Below are positions 50,546 to 62,419 of a stretch of DNA of 64,000 nucleotides, piece by piece (the first letter of the stretch is position 1; every line of letters begins with the position of its first letter). Both the position numbers and the translations under genes were made by a program. Source of the stretch: Negaprion brevirostris (taxonomy: Eukaryota); contig JARDVH010000146.1 of NCBI GenBank assembly GCA_030324005.1, forward strand, positions 27,243,952 to 27,307,951, written 5' to 3'. The notes under the pieces were generated by a model. The model ran no database searches and was not told the DNA's origin. It saw nothing but the letters and a program-made list of their open reading frames with translations.

Positions 50546-50610
50546 CATCTCTTAACATTTCTAATCTCTTTTCAATTGTGGAAACTCTAATACCTCTCCC
50601 TTTAGCAAAC
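50546..50610 (-). other. Candidate 65-nt internal exon (unidentified)
   Basis: Acceptor CATATTTTACCCATCAG, donor ATG|GTAAGA; single open frame FAKGRGIRVSTIEKRLEMLRD. Confidence 0.25.
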
Positions 50611-50977
50611 CTGATGGGTAAAATATGTGTCATACACTTGTACCCACAGGAAGCTAGCATACATCTTTCTGTCTGGAGATTAGCCAGAAGAGCTGATAGC
50701 AAAACCTTTTCCTTTCTCTTTTGAAGTGAGCATCAAGTCCCTCACCATAGGGAATTAATATTTGGCGGGAGCTAGTTTGAGACAAAAACTCCCTCACTGT
50801 TCCAAATCATCCTGGGTAATAGTTACCAATGTCTGGCTCAATAATATGTATTGTACAATACCTAGCGGCCATTCCTTTTAAATCTAACTTAAAATCCAAA
50901 TGATTTTCTACAGAAAAATTTTCAAATTCTCTGAAAAATATTTATTGAAATTTTAACTATTCTTCCTCTTTTCCAAG

Positions 50978-51065
50978 CCTAACAACTTCAGAAAGGGAAC
51001 TGAACACTGTTCGGATTTCTGTGCAACCTCTTGGCAATGTTACAATATCAAAAGTGGCATTTTGA
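50978..51065 (+). other. Candidate terminal coding exon (unidentified)
   Basis: Branch-like TTTTAAC plus TATTCTTCCTCTTTTCCAAG acceptor; LTTSERELNTVRISVQPLGNVTISKVAF*; AATAAA at ~51406. Confidence 0.2.
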
Positions 51066-51452
51066 TTTGGAGGGAGCAAGAGCTTGTTCATGGAATTTAC
51101 ACTTAATACTGAACATGAGAGAAACATTAATAGAGAATCCAGAGCAAATATTGGGTATTTTAGGCCACCAGCCGATTGCAACATAGTATGTACTGATTTA
51201 TTTAACAATCTCATGCTTCAATGCCTTTTAAACAAATTAGCTATTCATGTGTATCTAAAAAAAAGTGCCAGTGTTGGAAAGGGGGCAGTACTGTTAATAT
51301 TCCCATCAACTGGTTCCAACTGTGAATACTTGAGAGGCTAAGATTCTTCAAAACTTTTAAGCAGGTGATCCATTGTCTGATAATTCTTTTCTTCACTAAC
51401 ATGAATAATAAAAGCATGGATACATCTGCAATTTATCACCTAATGAACAGTA

Positions 51453-51718
51453 TTGCTAAAAAAGAGATATTTTATTGAAGCTTTTTATCTTGCACTCATC
51501 ATGATAACTCGCCAGATAATAAATAGTAAAGGGAAAGACAATTTGTACTGCGTGGGAAGAGAGTGCTGATTGGTTGGCAAGTAAACTGTATTTGGTAGAG
51601 GCATTACCATGGAGAATGCAGCAGAAAATGGTAACTGCTTTAGTTCAAATTCAAACCAGGCAGATCGACTTGGATTGGTCAAGACATTGTCATGGGGAAT
51701 GAACCAGTGAATGGCTGC
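51453..51718 (-). mobile_element. ~270-bp non-coding hammerhead-bearing element, copy 1 (degenerate core)
   Basis: Reverse complement aligns to 54206-54481; core 51471-51508 reads GTTATC-ATGATGA-GTGCAAGAT-AAAA-AGCTTC-AATAA. Confidence 0.75.
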
Positions 51719-52479
51719 ACTGCTCCCCCCACCCTCCGGGACCTCTTCAATGCACAGAGTGTGGAGATTCAGGTGAGAACCTGAACTGTCAGAATAGTCG
51801 GGATTTAGAACAGCTTCCCTGCCAATTCAGGAATTTTGGGAGAACTGCCCCATATCTGTGGCTTCCAGCATGTGTACATGAGTCATGCGGATATTAATCA
51901 TAAATTGGTTTTCAGTGTAGTTCTTGGCACAATCAGGATTGTTAGGCAAGTGTTGCACAATTGCAGCATAGCATCAAATGTGAGTTTTGTAAGCACAGGC
52001 TTGCCTGGTTAGGTGTGGTCAGTGCGTTATCTGCAAAGGGACTCATTGTTTGATGTGATCCACAAGTCATTGGGATATACGGGACACATACCTGGCATCA
52101 CACTGGCACTAAAATTCATATATCACATGACTCATTTGAGTGAAGGGCATCATCCCTATAGAGGCAAATACCATCCATACTGCTACTGCATTGTAACAGT
52201 GAAATGGCTAGCTTCACCTGTTGCTCAATTTAGTGAGACAGTTTACCTTGCAGGGTAATTTGAGGTACAATGGGTACTTTTCTGGGCCAAAAGATCCGTC
52301 CATGAGTTTGCACGATATACAGCCTGCAATGATCTGATCGGGGTATCTTTTTTTTATTCAATCATGCGATGTGGGCACCACTGATTGGAACAGAATTTAT
52401 TGCCCATCCCTGATGGCATTTAGGAATCAACCACATTGGGTCTGGAGTCACATGTAGGCCAGACCAGGTAAGGATGACG

Positions 52480-53749
52480 GGAGTGATTCTAAAGTGTCGG
52501 ATTCGTATAAAAACTGGAGTAAATCCCGCTGACTTTCCAGCAGGAGTTTCAAAATAAATCTCCCACACTGTTTCTCAGCATGAAATTCAGTGGGCGGGAC
52601 CAATTCCCGCTGGAGAGGCTGGCAGCATTGCGCTGAGCACTGTGGCACAAGGGGCAGCACGGTGGCACAATGGTTAATATTGCTGCCTTACAGCACCAGA
52701 GACTCAGGTTTGATTCCCAACTTGTGTCACTGTCTGTGTGGAGTTTGTACATTCTCCACATGTCTGTGTGGGTTTCCTTTGGGTGCTCTGGTTTCCTCCC
52801 ACAATCCAAAGATAAGCAGGTTAGGTGGATTGGCCATGCTAAATTGCCCCTTGGTGTCCCAAAATTGGTAGGTTAGGGGGATTAGTGGGGTAAATACTTG
52901 GGATTATGGGGAATAGGTCAGGGTGGGATTGTCCCTTCTTGTCATGGGGTTTACATGAGGTTACAAGGATAGAGCCTGGGTGGGATTGTTGTCAGTGCAG
53001 ACTCGATGGGCTGAATGGCTTCCTTCTGCAATGTAAGGATCCTATCCTAAGTGCCAATCTGTCAGAGTGGAGATTGGTGGATGCACTGTAGCACCTGGCC
53101 TCCTGATCACTGGCCAGCTCGATTGCTGGCCAGCTCCACAACTCCTGGAACGCTGTCCCTCTGAATCTCCCATGGTCTGATTGCTGACAGCTGTGAACAT
53201 GTCCTTGACCCTCTCCCTGCCCCCAGCCCGTCTCGTTCTCCTCCACTTCCTGACAAGCGGCAGCCCCGATCTCCCAATCTGTCCGATACCTGGTGGGCAG
53301 TGCCAAGATGCCCTCTGGGCTTTGGCACTTTGCCCCTTAGGCAGTGCCAGTAGGCCCAGGCTAGCAGTGCCAGTTGGCAACACCCTGGGGGCACACCCCC
53401 TCTCCAACCGGGTCCACATGGCCCCCTTCACTCAAGCAGGATTGGGCCATGGCTGCCTGCAAGTGGGGACCATGCTGGAGTGAACCACTCCTCGTGTGTA
53501 GGAAGACACTAGCTGGCTTGGAGACTTCAGTCCAGGGCCCGCTAGTCATATGTAGATTAAAATTAGTATTTCCATAAATTATTCAGGTCCATGCCAGAAA
53601 TCGGTGTGGAACCGATGGCACCAGAAATCCATTGCTTGGAGAATTTCAGAGACCATTGTGCCAGTGAGGACACTGCAAAATGGCCGCTGCTCAAACCTCC
53701 TGGTCCGCTATGCTACAAAAGCAGCGCAGCGGGCTGGGAGAATTGCCCC
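52480..53749. mobile_element. Harbinger-like non-autonomous DNA transposon
   Basis: TIRs GGAGTGATTCT / AGAATTGCCCC (both derivable from GGGGCGATTCT); GC-rich TGGCA/TGCCA-rich interior. Confidence 0.7.
52651..53047 (+). mobile_element. HE1-type V-SINE nested in the DNA transposon
   Basis: GGGGCAGCACGGTGGCACAATGGTT head; CR1-type tail GGGCTGAATGGCTTCCTTCTGCAATGTAAGGAT. Confidence 0.9.
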
Positions 53750-54205
53750 TGACAGATTTCCTTGCTTACAGGCCATTATTGAACCACATGGATTTGCACA
53801 ATATTCAACAATGGTTTCAATAGACTTTTTATTTCAGACTTTTATTGAGTTCAAATTTCACCAACTGTGGAATGATGAGATTCAAACCCAAGTCCCCAGA
53901 GCAGTATTCTGGGCCTCTGAATTACTAGTCCAATGACAATGTCACTACACCACTGCCTTCCCCTTATCCTGCAGGATGTCTTTGATGCTCCTTATTTTAA
54001 CATCAAACTTACACAGTGAGCAGATGCCACGGGCCCTATTTATGAGGTTGATGACAAGGCCAATCTTATCGCGTGTGGAACATTAGGATTCTCAACATGA
54101 ATATTGACTCGTGGAAGTAGGCTTGTGGTAGACAGGAATGGAGAACATGTTGGTAGATTTCTCAACTAGCACATAGAAGAAAGTGAACTAAACCAAAACT
54201 TGGGG

Positions 54206-54481
54206 ACAGCCATTCTCTGGTTCATTCCCCATGGCAATGCCTGGACCAGTCGGAGGCGAGCTGCCTGGTTTTAACTTGAACAAGAGTATGGGCAGTTAAC
54301 TGCTTTCTGTTGCATCCTCCATGGCAATGCCTCTACAAATAAGAATCTATGAGCCAACCAACCAACAANNNNNNNNNNNNNNNNNNNNNNNNNNNNNNNN
54401 NNNNNNNNNGATATATCGTGTGTAGCTGTCCTGATGAGTGCAAGATGAAAAGTTTTGATAGCATGTCTCATTTTTCAGCAA
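54206..54481 (+). mobile_element. ~270-bp non-coding hammerhead-bearing element, copy 2 (Penelope pLTR or retrozyme-like)
   Basis: Inverted homolog of 51453-51718; two CCATGGCAATGC motifs, CCAA[T/C] boxes and a hammerhead near its 3' end. Confidence 0.75.
54425..54462 (+). ncRNA. Minimal type-I hammerhead ribozyme motif
   Basis: Stem I GCUGUC (54425-30) / GAUAGC (54457-62); core CUGAUGA (54431-37); mini stem II GU-GCAAG-AU; GAAA (54447-50); vestigial stem III AG[U/C]U plus UH site. Activity not shown. Confidence 0.7.
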
Positions 54482-54759
54482 CTCTGAACACTGTATTACT
54501 AAGTGACTATTTATATGATAGATGCCACAACTTTACACATTCAGAAAATGTAATTTTGCACCAGTGAGAATGTTATTCATGCATGATAAAAAGATGGAAT
54601 GACATGGCGCTATGTTGACTAACATATTAACCTTTCAGCATTGTCATTATATAAGATCCCAGCATACATTTTTAGGTTGAATGTCTCCACTTCTGAACAA
54701 ATCAGTTTAAAATATTTACTACAGGAAATCCAAGTCAAAAATAATCAAAAATGTAGATA

Positions 54760-54910
54760 GAAATTTGATTGACAAGGTGTCAAAAGTTATTTGGGGGGCA
54801 AACAGGAAAGTGGAATTGGGGCCACAGGCACATCAGCCCTGATCTTATTGATTTGCAGAACATGCTTGAAGGACTGAGTGGCCTGTTCCTGTTCCTAATT
54901 TTATGATCTT
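54760..54910 (+). mobile_element. CR1 3' end
   Basis: Tail GCTTGAAGGACTGAGTGGCCTGTTCCTGTTCCTAATTTTATG. Confidence 0.65.
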
Positions 54911-55674
54911 CTGTTCTCATGTTACCAGTACGCCAGTATTTGTTTTCTCTCTTATCCACATCACAAATTTCATAATTAACCAATATTTTCTAAAATTTGT
55001 CCCATATTCAGAAACTCGATTGTTTCTCTCAAATATGAAGACATTTAGTTAACTAACTAATGAAATCTGTTAACAAATTCTCCTCTTCCTGATTTCATGT
55101 CACTTGTGTCAGAATTTGTAGTCATTATCCTGAAAATTTTGTAAACGATGTGTAATGATACAAATTCAGTCTTAATTTCAAAATAATATGATGCGACCTA
55201 CAAGATAGCGTAGCTGAAATCAATCAGTCTCAGTTTTCGGTCATTATTGAGATCCTGTAATCCAATTCCTTCTAAATGTGTTTCTCTTGGATTTCTCAGA
55301 TATCCATATGGATGTGACTAAAACTCCAAGTTGAGAAATGTTTGTACTTTTTGACCACTTGGATGCCTGATAATTCTCAAGATGAATGCTGCGGAACAGA
55401 TTATAAAGTACTGCGCTTTCTTCGATATTGTGGAACCGACACTAATTAGGTGATCATTCTACTGAACATTGCCATTCTGATTGCAAAAACAAATCTAAAC
55501 ATACTACCATGATCACTTCAGTGATCTGACTTGTTCCCACTCTGACATCTGCCTTTGCCCTTCAATATTTGTTCCAAAGAGGATCAACACTTGCTTGAGT
55601 ATCAACCTGTAATCATGCAATTATACACTTACTGCTTTCTGCTCTTATTGAAGACAATTACGAAAAGCAATTCA

Positions 55675-55957
55675 TAGAATCATAAAATCCTACAGTACAG
55701 AAGGCCATTCAACCCATCAAGTGTGCATTGACCACAATCCCACCCAGGCCCTCTTCCCGTAACCCCTCATAATTACCCTGCTAATCCCCTAACACTAGGG
55801 TCAAATTAGCATGGCCAATCAATCTAAACTGCACCCGGAGGAAACCCACACAGACATGGGGAGAATGTGCAGACTCCACACAGACAGTGACTCAAGACCG
55901 GAATTGAACCTGGGCCCTTGGCACTATGAAACAACAGTGCCAACCACCGTGCCACCT
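55675..55957 (-). mobile_element. HE1-type V-SINE
   Basis: Reverse complement head GGTGGCACGGTGGTTGGCACTG, B box GGTTCAATTCC; CR1-type tail. Confidence 0.88.
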
Positions 55958-56396
55958 GAAATCTTAAGTATTTGCCCATGATAAATATAATTGGATGTGA
56001 ATGTGTCTCTATTTTCCTACCATCAAATTGACTGACTCAATTTTAACAATCAAGCAGCAAGCTTTTGTGCATTTAAAACGAAGAAAATTATTTAACTTCT
56101 CACACAAAGGCATAACGACTCATCATTGGATTTGCCCGCTCTATCAAATACATGCAAAATTAAATACCGATGAAGATAAAACAGTGATAACAGAAATGAC
56201 ATTTGACACATTCTCTATTTCAGTGCAGGCTGATGCACTGAGTTGAGTTGAAATTTTGGCTGGAATAGAGGTCCTCTAAAATCAGAGATTTCTCAATAGC
56301 TGTGAAAGTTCTTGTAGTTGCTCTGCCCTGAGATGAACCTAACGGTGGGCAGGTTAGAGGTGAGAGCCGATCTTTCTCTTTCAGGGTATTGCAATT

Positions 56397-56750
56397 CATG
56401 GAATCCATAAAATGCATAAGGGGCCACTTGGCTCATCAAGTCTATGCCAATTTTCTGAAAGTATCTCACACAGACCCTCTCCCCCTACCCTATTCCTGTA
56501 ACTCCACATAATTCCTATGGCTAATCCATCCAATCTAAATGTCTTGGGACACTAAGGGGCAATTTAGCATGGTCAATCTACCTAACCTGCACAACTTTGG
56601 ACTGTGGGAGGAAAATGGAGTACCGGAGGGAACCCACGTAAACATTGGGAGAACGTGCAAACTTCACATGGTCATCCAAGGCTGGAATTTAACCCAGGTC
56701 CCAAGAGCTGTGAGGCAGCAGCGCTAACCACTGTGCCATTGTGCCACCCC
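56397..56750 (-). mobile_element. HE1-type V-SINE
   Basis: Head GGTGGCACAATGGCACAGTGGTTAGCG; V-core; CR1-type tail. Confidence 0.85.
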
Positions 56751-57875
56751 TACGTTTGCTACTTTGCTGATTGCAGTTGTCTCATTGTTTAACTTTCAGG
56801 ATTCTCTCTCGCAGATGGAATTCTCTTGAAAGCAGATTTGAGATCAGCTAATACCGTTCAGCAGGGAGCAAAGATGCTCCTCTTATCATGTGGTGTCTTA
56901 TGAAATGTCACATTACTCTCCAACCAGGCTCTATTGTAATTCAAGAAGCTATCTGAGTTGGCTTCTATCACCTATGGTTTCCGTCAGCCACAAGCTCTTT
57001 GGTTAAAATGGCAAATTAACATTGTTACAATGAAGGTGTCGAGGAGCCTCACCTATCTTTTGGCCTGACCCACAGTGAGTCACATCAGAAGAATGTTCTC
57101 TTTGTTCTCTTTAGAGTTAAACTAAAAGCAGATGACTGGTAACACTTGGGGCCTATCTTGATTTTCAGTTGTCATTTAAAATGTAACTTTTATAATACAG
57201 CTTTAAAGAATTATAATGCCATCATGCCAACACTTGGCATGACAAAATATTAATTGTAGCTTCTATTTACACTTGGGAGGAGAGATACCTGGGAAACTTC
57301 TGTTAGAACACTGGTTTGGCAGGACTGTCTGCACACTTGATCCCAAACTATTGACAGTATAAGTAACCTTTTTTAAAATTATTTATACCGTCACATAGCA
57401 CTGCAAACTTCCCATGGCAAATATAATTGACAATTAGTGCATAAATGAAGCAATTTCAGGACATTAACAGAGATTGAGAACAAGCTATTGTTTTCATGAG
57501 AAGGATGTTGCAACTATCTAGAAATGTATTTTGATTCATCCACAATTACCATGTTAGTAATTGCCAGCACCATTATGCTCACCATAATTTTGGCAGCACA
57601 GCTTGGCTGAATGATTCATCTATTCTCTCCACAGACCCTGACAGGTCTCCTGAATATATTTCAGCATCTTCTGTTGTTGAGTTTGAAGGTACTTCTCCTC
57701 TTAAAATGAAAAATGAGGACTAGCTGAACTGTATGGCCATTATGAACTGCATTTTGACAGGCCTAACAAACAGCCTCAGACATAAATAATTGATAACAGT
57801 GTTGATACAAAAATAAAACTTTTGGGGGATAATTTAATGCCAGAGATGGAGTCTTACTGGGACGATAAGCAATGG

Positions 57876-58500
57876 TTGGGATTTTCTATACTCTGCCATT
57901 AGCTGGTGGAGGGATCTTCTGGTCCTGCTGTTGTCATTGGGGTTTTCCATTGTATGGACCATCCCCTCCCCCCCAACTGCTGCTGCGAAGCCTACCATCG
58001 GTGAGACTGTAAGATCCCCCAGCAGGGACGGCTGGAAAATCCTGGTCTTTGTAAGAGCTCAGTGCAGTAGGCAGAGGAAAAGAACTCTTAAGGAAGACTC
58101 TGATCAAACACTTTGAGAATTCAAGAAGATTCAGAGTACCAAGAAGAGAAATGGAATAAGAACAAAGGAAGAGCTGTTTGTGCATGTCAGTCATGCGACT
58201 GACCTGGACTGATACTTGCTACTTGCCACAATCCCATTTTCTTACTACTTAACAAGTTTGTTATATTTCATCCTAAATTCTAATTGAATTAATGGTCAGG
58301 GTCAAACCCCCGGTAGTGGGTTTTCCTGCAGTGGACGCAGTTCACCATTGGCAACCATCAAGACCTTGCGGCCCCACCAAAGTCAATGGCCATTTTGTGT
58401 TGCTCACTGGCCTTACTGTCAGAAAACTTAACATGGTAGGGGTCATGCATGGTGGGACCAGAAGATCCCGCTGGCAGGAAGAGCCAGGTAATCCCAGCCA
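57876..58500. mobile_element. Two related Harbinger-like MITEs (~57876-58048 and ~58313-58500)
   Basis: TIR-like GGTTGGGATTTTC / GGAAAATCCTGG; GGGATCTTCTGGTCC in one and GGACCAGAAGATCCC in the other. Confidence 0.55.
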
Positions 58501-58671
58501 ACATCCTACTGTGTTGATTACACTTCATCCTCACTGAATAGCTAGATAACTCTCAGCCATCTTTCAAAGATTTAAAATTAGCACACTTGTCATTCATGAC
58601 ACTGCATTGTCATAAGTGAAATGTGTTTTACTTTAAGTTTTTGTTGTCTTATTATAAATGTATTTATTTAA

Positions 58672-58968
58672 GGGTGGCACAGTGGCACAGTTAGCACTAT
58701 GCCTCAGTGCCAGGGACCTGAGTTCAATTCTAACCTCGGGTGACTGTGTGGAGTTTACACAATTTCCTCGTGTCTGTGTGGGTTTCTACCGGGTGTCTGG
58801 TTTCCTTGTACAGTCCTAAATTGTGTAGGTTAGATGGGTTAGTCATGCTAAATGTGTGGGGTTACAGGGATAGGGTAGGGAAAAGGACCTGGATAAGATA
58901 CGCTATCAAAGAGTTGGTGCAGACTCAATGGGCAGAATGGCTTCCTTCCCCACTGTAGGGATTCTAGA
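58672..58968 (+). mobile_element. HE1-type V-SINE
   Basis: GGGTGGCACAGTGGCACAGTTAGC head; tail GGGCAGAATGGCTTCCTTCCCCACTGTAGGGATTCTAG. Confidence 0.85.
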
Positions 58969-58989
58969 ATTTCTGGTGAAGCCAAACAT

Positions 58990-61700
58990 TAGACTCTTCA
59001 TTTGCCGAGTTTAAGGTGATTAGTCCATCACTTCGTCTGTAGATGGGACACTCCTTGGCAATGTACAGCATTGTTTATGTCTCTCCACAAATGCATTGAG
59101 GTTTTGTACTGAGGCCCCAGCTTCACGTGGGCATGGGTTTGGAGGTGGATGTGTGTGTGTGTGGGAGGAATGGTGAGTGAAGACTTCTAGTTATGATGCA
59201 CGTTGCATTCAGCTGAGTACCAACGAAATGTGTGTTGTATGATGACCTTTGCCAGACAGTATTTTGCTACAGAGTGTGATAGAATAAGTGCTGAGGTCCA
59301 GAGTACATTGGCAGCAGCACGTCATGTAGGTCCAGTAAGTTTGATTAGTTGGCTGTTTCTGGTTTTGGCTTTCGCTGCTGTTCTCTTCAAATGTTCCTGG
59401 AAAGTCAGAATCCTATCACGAATCACTCCCAATGGTGTTGGGTTAGCATCATGCTTTTGTCTCTGAATCCATGAAGATATCCAATTCATTTTTGGTACTG
59501 CCATTGTGAAAGTGGAATATATTGGATATGGATTCAGAAGGTTTCAACGTTCTGCAGTAGTCCACCTCCATCAACATTGTAACATACTTGTTAAGGATCT
59601 AGTCCAGAATGCGGAAAGATGGAGCTTTGGTGGCACAACAGATGTCATCAACATAGATAAATATGTAGAATGTGTTTGCTAGCAGATCATTTGAATGTAC
59701 ATTAAACAGGATTCAGGCAAATATGGATTCCTGTGGTAATCCATTGGGCTGCACTTTTCCCTTGCCCAACATGGGCCCTGAATGATTTATTGCAAAGGAA
59801 TGTTTCAGCAACTGAGGGCAGGTCAGTGTGGCACACTGTATCCTTGGCTGCTGTGAGTTCCTATGGCACTATGCCTGTCTTCAGATTCTTCTGGAAGCCA
59901 TTTTTGATGTAGATGCTGATTGCCAGAACTTAAGTACATGTGCTGCAGCCCTGAAGTAAAACTGTAAGGATGGCCTCTACTTCCGAAGATAAACATTGCA
60001 GAATAAGATGCTCAGAAATCTTAAAACACACAAATCTTAAAATAGCTGGCTGTCGTTATGAGATCTTTTCCAGCTTTTGGAACAGCAATGAGTTATTCTT
60101 TACTCATACCTTCGGGAGTGAGATTGAGCTGACGATTTTTGTGCAGAACTAAGCCAGCCAGGCATGGGCACTGGGATCAAGTTGTTTCAGGAATTCTGGT
60201 GTGAGGTTGTTAAATTGGGCAGGTTTGCCACATTTCAGGCTCCCTGTGCTTTTGCCAGTTCTGTGATCTTGGTGTGATCAGTACTGCTATTTTCAACACA
60301 GTGCTTATGTTTTTTTCCTCATTCTTCAGAAGTGATATGTTTTAGTTTTATTTCCAGTGGTGTCCTAGCTACATGAAGCAGGTGACTGGCAACCTGGTTC
60401 AGGGTGACTGATGGGTGATTCAATGCGGGCGATTTTTGGGCTGCTCCATGCTGGTGAATCAGGCTCCAGCACTTCTGACTGGAATGAGTGAAATTGATCC
60501 CTGCAGTTGTTTCCTCTCAACTGGTATGACGTGAAACATTGAAGGACTTAATGAAGTGGTCCGAATATCAAGGTCACCAGATGATTTATCTTCCTTTCAG
60601 AGTGCTGAGTTCTCTGATATGGGATGCAGATGGGTCCACAGTTGTGGTCATGCAAGTAGCTTCGTGAATGGAACCACAAAAGCACTTATTGTATATGATT
60701 CTTCGACAGATAGATTGTGAATAAGTGCATTACAATGATGCGATCCAAGGTCCTGAGTTTTGGGCAATCTGCTCTATGTGAACATCCATCACATCTTCTT
60801 TGCACAGTTGTTGAGTGGAGGGCCAAAACCAATGTGAATGAGTGACTATGTGGGAAGTCATCAAAAATTAGGCACTGTCTGTGCAGGCTGAGGGTGACCA
60901 TCAAGGGGGCTGACACAGTACATATCAGGTGAGTAATTCAGCCCCCAAATGGCTGATCACAATGTTCCTTGTTGTTTGGAGTCATTTATCAGGATGAGAT
61001 TGCTAAATTCTTTATTACTGAGGAGCATCCTCAAGAACTCACTCCACGGACAGGTGTTAGGGAATACAGGTATTTATTGCAGTGTTACTCATTCCACACT
61101 CCAAACTACATCTGGGCTCTCCAGGTGGTCCCTGAGCAGATTACTCCATATCCAGACTCACCTGATCATTTCCTTGAAGGGGTTACATCCTAACACACAT
61201 TAATGTAGGTTTCTGGAGGCCCACATTAATCTAATTGCTGTTCACCATCACTGTCTGGTGCTGAGTGACTGTAGACTGGTAGCTGTTGACGTTTCCCAAG
61301 TTGGTAGCTGGCAGGGACAGTATTGGCAGGAATTACTGTTCGCAGCTGACATTTGGAGACTTCACAATGTGGAAATGCACCGACCCAAATTGTATCGCAC
61401 AAACTGAATCCAAATTGTATCACAGACAGTAACTGGTGACAGGGCGGCTGCATCAACAATGTCTGATTGGACAAATGTGGAATGGTCATGTCTAGCATGA
61501 GAGGAGTAGCATGATAAGTCAAAGCCTTTGATGTAATAGTGATCCATTTCTGCAGTTTCAGTACGATAGACAAATGATGTCAATGGAGTTTTGGGTGGCA
61601 AGAGACTGAATGAGGTTTCACCTGGTGGCTGATAGCCCCTTAACATTAAGTTGCGAGATTTGGAGAACACATCCCACTGGCATAAGAGCAGACGGCTGCT
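58990..61700 (-). mobile_element. Vingi (Ingi-related) LINE, endonuclease through post-RT region, decayed
   Basis: EN LQISQLNVKGLSA..IDIICL (~61570-61670), GFDLSCY, YSPDM, DFPHSH; RT NGLPQES (59731-45), IYVDDIC (~59640-58), LGVIRDRILTFQEHLKRTAAKAKTRNSQLIKLTGPT. Confidence 0.85.
61013..61195. mobile_element. Possible short solo-LTR-like insertion within the Vingi endonuclease
   Basis: Interrupts the Vingi WAS..NL.LI.D.KQ.GT segment; T[A]TT..TAACA ends; AATAAA on minus strand; no clear TSD. Confidence 0.4.
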
Positions 61701-62419
61701 CAGTGTTGAGTCTGGCAATTCTGGGGGAATTGGAATTCTGCAATGGGGCTTTTCCAGATTTTTTATTTTTGTCCTGGAATTCAGTTTGCTGATAGGATCA
61801 TTAGCTTCCCCAGAGGGCCTGGGTACTGATGGACAGATAGACAGGGTGGGGTGGATGTGGGGCAGAGGGCGGGGGTGATGTAATGCTGGTACATTATATC
61901 ATTAAGAATTATAGATAATCCAATATAATTATTATATAACAGTAAATAATGCTAATTATTAGAAGTAATGTATTGATTATAAATAATATTAAATTATCCA
62001 ATTTTGATATTCTGATTAATAATTAACTTTGTTGAGAAATATTATTCATCATCTTTAAATATTTTTTACATGTCAGCCCATTTAGTTTTGTGCAATATAC
62101 ATGGACACAAGCCTAATTACAGAATTAGGTTTCAATGCAATCAGCTGCAGTATTTCAGGGGGTGCTAATTCTGTCAGTTATTAATTACAGTGATTCTTCC
62201 ATTTAAAAGAATATTACTTCTTTTATTGCAAGAGCTACAAGGAACTGACAACCAACAAGTCAGATAAATTAACAGGGGTTTATTTGGGAGAAAATAACCA
62301 CATACAAAAGAGAAATAAGAATGCTTCCAATCTCCACAACTCTTGGACTCCAACTGCCAGGAAGGCCATGCTCCCCAGTCTTGATTTGCACATCACACCG
62401 CAATTAGTCTGATGCGATA

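Larger units (their letters stand above)
52350..53963 (-). mobile_element. tRNA-derived SINE (family of 43723-44053) split into 52350-52479 and 53750-53963
   Basis: Tail at 52350-52420; GTAAGGATGAC|AGATTTCC rejoins across the insertion; head ends CCACTGCCTTCCCC at ~53963. Confidence 0.75.

Noticed and set aside
61655-61700. SRLLLCQWDV as a 2A-like peptide upstream of the Vingi endonuclease
   Set aside because: No DxExNPGP motif, and it is out of frame with the real endonuclease start (LQISQLNVKGLS).
61890-62070. Very AT-rich stretch
   Set aside because: Low complexity with no periodicity or structure I can support.
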